A stretch of DNA of 64,000 nucleotides, taken from assembly GCF_009914755.1 (NCBI RefSeq), contig NC_060947.1; one strand, 5' to 3'. A program made the translations under genes and the position numbers. The notes under the pieces are model-generated. The model made no database searches. It saw only the letters and a list, made by a program, of their open reading frames with translations, and was not told the origin of the DNA. Positions 52,141-64,000 of the stretch are shown in pieces; positions within the stretch are counted from its first letter, which is position 1, and each line of letters starts with the position of its first letter. The stretch is from the human T2T-CHM13v2.0 reference genome, Homo sapiens.

Positions 52141-53999
52141 TTCTGAGAATGCTTCTGTCTAGTTTTTAAGTGAAGATATTTCCTTATCCACCATAAGCTT
52201 CAAAGCAATCCAAATGCCCACTTGCAGATCCTACAAAAAGAGTGTTTCAAAACTGCTCTATCAAAAGAACGCTTCAAATCTGTGAGGTGAATACACACAT
52301 CAAAAAGTAGTTTCTGAGAATGCCTCTGTCTAGTTTTTGTGAAGATATCCCGTTTCCAACGAAGGCCTCAAAGAGGTCCTTATATCCACTTTTAAATTCT
52401 ACAAAAAGAGTGTTTCAAAACTACTTTGTGAAAAGGAATGTTGAAGACTTTGTGTTGAAAGTAAACATCAGAAAAAAGTTGTTGAGAATGCTTCTGTGTA
52501 GTTCTTATGTGAAGATATTTCCTTTTTCATCACAGGCCTCAAAACGCTCCAAATGTCCACTTGCAGATTTTACAAAAAGAGTGTTCCAATGTGCTCTATC
52601 AAAGGAAAGCTTCAACTCTGTTAGTTGATTACACACATCACAAAGAGATTTCTGAGAATGCTTCTGTCTAATTTTTATGTGAAGATATTTCGTTTTTCAT
52701 CATAGGCCTGAAAGCGTTACAAATGTCCACTTGCAGATCCTACAAAAAGAGTTTTTCAAAACTGTTCTATCGAAGGAAAGGTTTAACTCTGTGAGTTGAA
52801 TGCACACATCACAAAGAAGTTTGTGAGAATGCTTCTGTCCAGTTTTTATGAAGATATCCCTTTTCCAACGAATGCCTCAAAGCGGTCCAAATATCCTCTT
52901 GCAAATTCTACAAAAAGAGTGTTTCCAAACTGCTCTATGAAAAGGAATGTTCAGCTCTGTGAGATGAATGCAAACATCACAAAGAAGTTTCTGAGAACAC
53001 TTCTGCATAGTTTTTATGTGAAGATATTTCCTTTTTCACCATAGGCCTCAAAGCGCACCAAATTTCCAGTTGCAGATTCTGCAAAAAGAGGGTTTCTAAA
53101 CTGCTCTATCAAAAGAGAGTTTCAATTGTAGGAGTTGAACGCATACATCACAGAAAAGTTCCTGAGAATGCTTCTGTGTTGTTTTTACATGAAGATAATT
53201 CCTTTTCCTCCATAGGCCTCAAAACGTTCCGAAAGCTCACTTGCAGATTCAACAAAAAGAGTGTTTCACAACAGCTTTATCAAAAGAAGGCTTCAACTCT
53301 GTGAGTTGAATGCACACATCACAAAGAAGTTCCTGAGAATGCTTCTGCCAATTTTTTGTGAAGATATCCCTTTTCCAGCGAAGGTCTCAAAGCGTTCCAA
53401 ATACCCACTTGCAAATTAAAAAGAGTGTTTCAAAACTGCTCTATGAAAAGGAACGTTCAACTCTGTTAGCTGAAAATAAACATCACAAAGAAGTTTCTGA
53501 GAATGCTTCTGTGTAGTCTTAATGCGAAGACATATTTCCTTTTTCACCTCAGGCCTTGAAGTGCTCCAAATGTCCACTTGCAGATTCTACAAAAAGAGTG
53601 TCTCAAAACTGCTCTATCAAAAGAAACGTTCAACTCTGTGAGTTGAATACACACATCACAAAGAGGTTTCTGAGAATGCTTCTGTCTAGTTTTTATATGA
53701 AGATATTTCCTTTTTCACCATAGGCCTCAAAGTGCTACAAAATGTCCATTTGCAGATTGTACAAAAAAGAGTGTTTCAAAACTGCTCTATCAAGGGAAAG
53801 GTTCAAGTCATTGAGTTGAATGCACACATCAGAAAGGAGATTCTGAGAATGCTTCTGTCTTGTTTTTGTGAAGGTATCCCTTTTCCAACGAAGGCCTGAA
53901 AGCCGTCCAAATATCCACTTGCAAATTCTACAAAAAGAGTGATTCGAAATTGCTCTATGAAAAGGAATGTTCATCTTTGTGAGTTAAAAGCAAACATCA
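52141..53999 (-). repeat. Divergent alpha-satellite layer 2 (B-A-A trimer-like, ~510 bp), left of the L1
   Basis: B-type boxes at ~52348, 52858, 53367 and 53877. Motifs cctttttcacc and aaggcctcaaagcggtccaaatatccacttgcaaattc replace the layer-1 motifs. Confidence 0.8.
53987..53999 (+). repeat. L1 target-site duplication, 5' copy (AAAGCAAACATCA)
   Basis: Identical 13-mer at 60027-60039. It is preceded here by TTA, giving TT|AAAA, the L1 endonuclease consensus. Confidence 0.92.
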
Positions 54000-54895
54000 G
54001 GGGGAGGAGCCAAGATGGCCAAATAGGAAAAGCTCTGGTCTACAGCTCCCAGCGTGAGCGACACAGAAGGGTGATTTCTGCATTTCCAACTGAGGTACCG
54101 GGTTCATCTCACTAGGGAGTGCCAGACAGTGGGTGCAGGTCAGTGGGTGCGCGCACCGTGCGCGAGCCGAAGTAGGGCGAGGCATTGCCTCACTCGGGAA
54201 GTGCAAGTGGTCAGGGAGTTCCCTTTCCGAGTCAATTAAAGAGGTGACAGAGGGCACCTGGAAAATCGGGTCACTCCCACCCGAATACTGCGCTTTTCCG
54301 AGGGGCTTAAAAAACGGCGCACCACGAGAGTATATCCCGCACCTGGCTCGGAGTGTCCTGCGCCCATGGAGTCTCGGTGATTGCTAGCACAGCAGTCTGA
54401 GATCAAACAGCAAGGCGGCAGCGAGGCTGTGGGAGGGGCGCCCCTAATGCCCAGGCTTGATTAGGTAAACAAAGCAGCCGAGAAGCTCGAACTGGGTGGA
54501 GCCCAACACAGCTCAAGGAGGCCTGCCTGCCTCTGTAGGCTCCACCTCTGGGGGCAGGGCACAGACAAACAAAAAGACAGCAGTAACCTCTGCAGAAGTA
54601 AATGTCCCTGTCTGACAGCTTTGAAGAGAGCAGTGATTCTCCCAGCACACAGCTGGAGATCTGAGCACGGGCACACAGCCTCCTCAAGTGGGTCCCTGAA
54701 TCCCGAGCAGCCTAACTGGGAGGCACCCCCCAGCAGGAGCACACTGACACCTCACACGCCAGGGTATTCCAACAGACCTGCAGCTGAGGGTCCTGTCTGT
54801 TAGAAGGAAAACTAACAAACAGATTGGACATCCACACCAAAAACCCATCTGTACATCACCATCATCAAAGACCAAAAGTAGATAAAACCACAAAC
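54000..54895 (+). promoter_or_regulatory. L1 5'UTR internal sense promoter / antisense promoter region, CpG-rich, YY1 core AAGATGGCC intact at 54012-54020
   Basis: Recognisable L1 5'UTR sequence, GC/CpG-rich against the AT-rich satellite. Promoter function is established for the family; activity of this copy is unknown. Confidence 0.8.
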
Positions 54896-55911
54896 ATGGG
54901 GAAAAAACAGAACAGAAAAACTGGAAACTCTAAAAAGCAGAGCGCCTCTCCTCCCCCAAGGTAACGCAGTTCCTCACCAGCAACAGAACAAAGCTGGATG
55001 GAGAATGACTTTGACGAGGTGAGAGAAGAAGGCTTCAGACGATCAAATTACTCTGAGCTACTGGAGGACATTCAAACCAAAGGCAAAGAAGTTGAAAACT
55101 TTGAAAAAAATTTAGAAGAATGTATAACTAGAATAACCAATACAGAGAAGTGCTTAAAGGAGCTGATGGAGCTGAAAACCAAGGCTCGAGACCTACGTGA
55201 AGAATGCAGAAGCCTCAGGAGCCGATGCGATCAACTGGAAGAAAGGGTATCAGCAATGGAAGATGAAATGAATGAAATGAAGCGAGAAGGGAAGTTCAGA
55301 GAAAAAAGGATAAAAAGAAATGAACAAAGCCTCCAAGAAATATGGGACTATGTGAAAAGACCAAATCTACGTCTGATTGGTGTACCTGAAAGTGATGGGA
55401 GAATGGAATCAAGTTGGAAAACACTCTGCAGGATATTATCCAGGAGAACTTCCCCAATCTAGCAAGGCAGGCCAATATTCAGATTCAGGAAATACAGAGA
55501 ACGCCACAAAGATACTCCTCGAGAAGAGCAACTCCAAGACACATAATTGTCAGATTCACCAAAGTTGAAATGAAGGAAAAAATGTTAAGGGCAGCCAGAG
55601 AGAAAGGTCGGGTTACCCACAAAGGGAAGCCCATCAGACTAACAGCGGATCTCTCGGCAGAAACCCTACAAGCCAGAAGAGAGTGGGGGCCAATATTCAA
55701 CAAACTTAAAGAAAAGAATTTTCAACCCAGAATTCCATATCCAGCCAAACTAAGCTTCATAAGTGAAGGAGAAATAAAATACTTTACAGACAAGCAAATG
55801 ATGAGAGATTTTGTCACCACCAGGCCTGCCTTACAAGAGCTCCTGAAGGAAGCACTAAACATGGAAAGGAACAACCGGTACCAGCCACTGCAAAATCATG
55901 CCAAAATGTAA
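54896..55911 (+). pseudogene. L1 ORF1p (RNA-binding chaperone), disrupted
   Basis: ATG at 54896 (MGKKQNRKTGNSK...). In-frame TAA at 54962-54964 (codon 23) and a 1-bp frameshift near 55397. Fragments 54998-55462 and 55414-55911 translate to the coiled-coil and RRM/CTD parts. Confidence 0.93.
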
Positions 55912-55974
55912 AGACCATCGAGGCTAGGAAGAAACTGCATCAACTAATGAGCAAAATCACCAGCTAACATCATA

Positions 55975-59804
<3,830 letters not shown>

Positions 59805-60009
59805 ACAATGAGAACACATGGACACAGGAAGGGGAACATCACACTCTGGGGACTGTTGTGTGGTGGGGGGTGGCGGGAGGGATAGCAGTGGGAGATATAC
59901 CTAATGTTAGATGACGAGTTAGTGGGTGCAGTGCACAAGTATGGCACATGTATACACATGTAACTAACCTGCACAATGTGCACATGTACCCTAAAACTTA
60001 AAGTATAAT

Positions 60010-60026
60010 AATAAAAAAAAAGAAAG
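60010..60026 (+). terminator. L1 polyadenylation signal AATAAA and short degenerate A tail
   Basis: ...aagtataatAATAAAaaaaaagaaag directly before the 3' TSD. Confidence 0.85.
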
Positions 60027-60039
60027 AAAGCAAACATCA
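60027..60039 (+). repeat. L1 target-site duplication, 3' copy (AAAGCAAACATCA)
   Basis: Matches 53987-53999. The satellite monomer resumes in register (caaagtagtttctgagaatg). Confidence 0.92.
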
Positions 60040-63000
60040 CAAAGTAGTTTCTGAGAATGCTTCTGTGTAGTTTCGTTGAGAAGATATTTCCTTTTACACC
60101 ACAGGCCTCAAAGTGCTCCAAATGTCCTCTTGCAAATTCTACAAAAAGAGTGTTTCAAAACTGCTCTATCAAAAGAAAGCTTCAACTCTGTGATTTGAGT
60201 GCACACATCACAAAGAAGTTTCTGAGAATGCTTCTGTCTAGTTTTTATGTGAAGATATTTCCTTTTTCACCGCTGGCTTCAAAGTGCTCCAAATGCCCAA
60301 CTGCAGATTCTACAAAAACAGTGTTTCAAAACTGCTCTATCAAAAGAACGCTTCAACCCTGCGAGTTGAATGCACACATCACAAAGAAGTTTCTGAGAAT
60401 ACTTCTGTCTAGCTTTGTGAATATATCCCGTTTCCAACGAAGGCCTCAAAGCGGTCCAAATATCCACTTGTAAATTCTACAAAAAGAGAGTTTCAAAGCT
60501 TCCCTATGAAAAGGAATGTTGAACTCTGTCTGTTGAAAGCAAACATCACAAAGAAGTTTCTGAGAATGCTTCTGTGTGGTTTCGTTGACAAGATATTTCC
60601 TTTTACACCACAGGCCTCAAAGTGCTCCCAATGTCCTCTTGCAGATTCTACAAAAAGAGTGTTTCAAAACTGCTCTATCAAAAGAAAGCTTCAACTCTGT
60701 GATTTGAGTGCACACATCACAAAGAAGTTTCTGAGAATGCTTCTGTCTAGTTTTTATGTGAAGATATTTCGTTTTTCACCATTGGCTTCAAAGCACTCCA
60801 AATGCCCACTTGCAGATTCTACAAAAACAGTGTTTCAAAACTGCTCCATCAAAAGAACGCTTCAACTCTGTGAGTTGAATGCACACATCACAAAGAAGTT
60901 TCTGAGAATACTTTTGTCTAGCTTTGTGAAGATATCCCGTTTCAAACAAAGGCCTCAAAGCGGTCCAAATATCCACTTGTAAATTCTACAAAAAGAGTGT
61001 TTCAAAACTGCTCTATGAAAAGGAATGATGAACTCCGTGTGTTGAAAGCAAACATAACAAAAAGTTGCTGAGAATGCTGTGTGGTTCTAGGGGAAAATAT
61101 TTCCTTTTTCATCTAAGGTCTCAAAACGATCTAATTGCCCACTTGCAGATTGTACAAAAAGAGTGTTTCAAATCTGCTCTATCAAAAGAATGGTTCAACT
61201 CTGTGAGTTGAATGCACACATCACAAAGTGGTTTCTGAGAATTCTTCTGCCTAGTTTTTATGTGAAGATATTTCGTTTTTCATCAAAGGCCTCAAAGCGT
61301 TACAAATGTCCACTTGCAGATCGTACAAAAAGAGTTTTTCAAAACTGCTCTATCAAAAGAAAGGTTCAACTCTGTGAGTTGAATGCACACATCACAAAGA
61401 AGTTTGTGAGAATGCTTCTGTCCAGTTTTTGTGAAGATATCCAGTTTCCAACGAATGCCTCAAAGCGGTCCAAATATCCACTTGCAAGTTCTACAAAAAG
61501 AGTGTTTCCAAACTGCTCTATGAAAAGGAATGCTCAACTCTGTGAGTTGAAAGCAAGCATCACAAAGAAGTTACTGAGAATGCTTCTGTGTACTTTCGTT
61601 GTGAAGATATTTCCTTTTTCACCACAGGCCTCAAAGCGTTCCCAATGTCCTCTTGCAGATTCTACAAAAAGAGTGTTTCAAAACTGTGATTTGAGTGCAC
61701 ACATCACAAAGAAGTTTCTGAGAATGCTTCTCTCTAGTTTTTATGTGAAGATATTTCCTTCTTCACCATAGGCTTCAAAGCGCTCCAAATGCTCACTCGC
61801 AGATTCTACAAAAACAGTGTTTCAAAACTGCTCTATCAAAAGAACGCTTCAACTCTGTGAGTTGAATGCACACATAACAAAGTAGTTCCTGAGAATGCTT
61901 CTGTGTAGTTTTTGTGAAGATTTTCCGTTTCCAGCGAAGGCCTCAAAGCAGTCCAAATATCCACTTGCAAATAATAGAAAAAGAGTGTTTCAAAACTGCT
62001 CTATGAAAAGGCATGTTCAACTCTGTGAGTTGAAAGCAAACAAAGAAGTTTCTGGAATGCTTCTGTGTAGCTTTTTTGTGAAGATATTTCCTTTTTCGCC
62101 ATAGGCCTTAAAACTCTCCCAATGTACACTTGCAGATTCTACAAAAAGGAGATTTCAAAACTGCTCTATCAAAGGAGAGGTTCAGCTCTGGGAGTTGAAT
62201 GCACACATCACAAAGTAGTTTCTGAGAATGCTTCTGTGTAGTTTTTCTATAAAGATATTTCCTTTTTCATAATAGACCTCAAAGCGCTCCAAATGTCCAG
62301 GTGCAGATTCTACAAAAAGAGGGTTTGTAAACTGCTCTATCAAAGAGAGGTTCAACTGTAGGAGTTGAATGCATACATCACAGAAAAGTTCCTGAGAATG
62401 CTTCTGTGTTTTTTTAATATGAAGATATTTCCTTTTTCACCATAGGCCTCCAAACGCTCCAAATGCGCACTTGCAGATTCTACAAAAAGAGTGTTTCAAA
62501 ATAGCTCTATCAAAAGAATGCTCCAACTCTGTGAGTTGAATGCACACATCACGAAGAAGTTCCTGAGAATGCTTCTGTCTAGTTTTTGTGAAGATATCCC
62601 TTTTCCAGCGAAGGCCTCAAAACGGTCCACATATCCACTTGCAAATTAAAAAGAGTGTTTGAAAACTGCTCTATGAAAAGGAAGGTTCAACTCTGTGAGC
62701 TGCAAATAAACATCACAAAGAAGTTTCTGAGAATGCTTCTGTCTAGTGTTTATGTGAAGATATTTCCTTTTTCACCATAGACTTCAAAGTGCTCCAAATG
62801 CCCACTTGCAGATTCTACAAAAACTGTTTCAAAACTGCACTATGAAAACAACGCTTCAACTCTGTGAGTTGAATGCACACATCACAAAGAAGTTTGTGAG
62901 AATGCTTCTGTCCAGTTTTTGTGAAGATATCCCACTTCCAACGAAGGCCTCAAAGCGGTCCAATATCCACTTGCAAATTCTACAAAAAGAGTGTTTCAAA

Positions 63001-64000
63001 GCTGCTCTATGAAAAGGAATATTCAACTCTGTGAGTTTAATGCAAACAACACAAAGAAGTTTCTGAGAATGCTTCTGTGTAGTTTTTAGGTGAAGATATT
63101 TCCTTTCTCACCATAGGCCTCAAAGCTCTCCAAATGTCCACTTGCAGATTCTACAAAATTGAGGTTTCAAAACTGCTCTATCAAAAGAGAGGTTCAACTC
63201 TGTGAGTTGAAAGCACTAAACACAAAGAAGTTTTTGAGAATGCTTCTGTGTAGTTTTTATGTGAAGATATTTCCTTTTTCACCGTAGGCCTCAAAGCGCT
63301 CCAAATGTCCACTTGCAGATTCTACAAAATGAGTGTTCCAAATATCCAGTTGCAAATTAAAAAGAATGTTTCAAAAGTGCGCTATGAAAAGGAATGTTCA
63401 ACTCTGTGAGTTGAAAACAAACATCACAAAGAAGATTCTGAGAATGCTTCTGTGCACTTTTAATGTGAAGATAATTCCTTTTCCACCTCTGGCCTCAAAG
63501 CACTCCAAACGTCCACTTGCAGGTTCTACAAAAAGAGTGTTTCAAAACTGCTCTATCAAAAGAAAGGTTCAACTCCATGAGTTGAATGCACACATCACAA
63601 AGTGGTTTCTGAGAATGCTTCTGTCTAATTTTTTGTGAAGATATTTCCTTTTTCATCATAGGCCTCAAAGTGTTATAAATGACCACTTGCAGATCCTACA
63701 AAAAGAGTTTTTCAAAACTGCTTTACCGAAAGAAAGGTTCAACTATGTGAGTTGAATGCACACATCACAAAGAAGTTTGTGAGAATGCTTCTGTGTAGGT
63801 TTTATGTGAAGATATTTCCTTTTTCACCATAGGTCTCAAAGCGCTCCAAATGCCTACTTGCAGATACTACAAAAAGAATGTTTCAAAACTGCTCTTTCTA
63901 AAGAACGGATCAATTCTGTAAGTTGAATGCACACATCAGAAAGATGTTTCTGAGAATGCTTCTGTCCAGTTTTTGTGAAGATATCACGTTTCCAAGGATG
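60027..64000 (-). repeat. Divergent alpha-satellite layer 2 continued, right of the L1
   Basis: Same motifs as 52141-53999. B boxes at ~60426, 60935, 61440, 61924, 62597, 62930 and 63984. Confidence 0.85.

Noticed and set aside
307-53974. Many recurring 60-157 aa ORFs (MKIIPFPTK..., MVKIYTCRF..., etc.) resembling a repeated gene cluster
   Set aside because: They are translations of alpha satellite. They recur with the repeat period, overlap in several frames, mostly start at GTG/TTG, and gain or lose stops freely between copies.
54230-54450. Intact L1 ORF0 on the minus strand
   Set aside because: The start context appears destroyed: the + strand reads gcgcccctaatgcc where gcgcccgccattgcc is expected, and no ORF0-like ORF is in the track.
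59860-59885. L1 3'UTR G-quadruplex
   Set aside because: The G-tracts are interrupted (gtggtggggggtggcgggaggg), so a canonical four-tract G3 motif is not supported.
61163-61771. 202-aa ORF, the longest outside the L1
   Set aside because: It is a chance stop-free run of in-frame 171-bp (57-codon) monomers, helped by an in-frame 27-bp deletion.

Overview
Primate centromere edge, almost certainly human chromosome X; there are no intact genes. Bases 1 to ~43.3 kb are ~21 tandem copies of a 2057-bp, 12-monomer alpha-satellite higher-order repeat (HOR) with one BamHI site per unit and a pentamer-derived B-A-BBBAA-BBBAA layout, which matches DXZ1. It lies in reverse orientation to the usual consensus. 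Copies are highly homogeneous on the left and become more diverged rightwards. The last two copies lack a +15-bp insertion carried by all inner copies. At ~43.3 kb the HOR gives way to older divergent alpha satellite in the same orientation, with at least two layers: a cassette-structured layer at ~43.8-52.1 kb and a roughly trimeric ~510-bp layer from ~52.1 kb. A full-length but inactivated L1PA3/L1PA2-type LINE-1 (54000-60026, + strand, 13-bp TSD) interrupts the trimeric layer. ORFs outside the L1 are spurious satellite translations. I see no new gene-based system. The most interesting signals are (1) an inversion-templated insertion giving each inner HOR two mutually exclusive hairpins, with ancestral and intermediate states preserved at the array edge, (2) apparent CpG gain toward the array interior, (3) stepwise CENP-B box decay, and (4) hidden periodicity in the 'monomeric' flank. 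All comparisons were made by eye, so boundaries are approximate.
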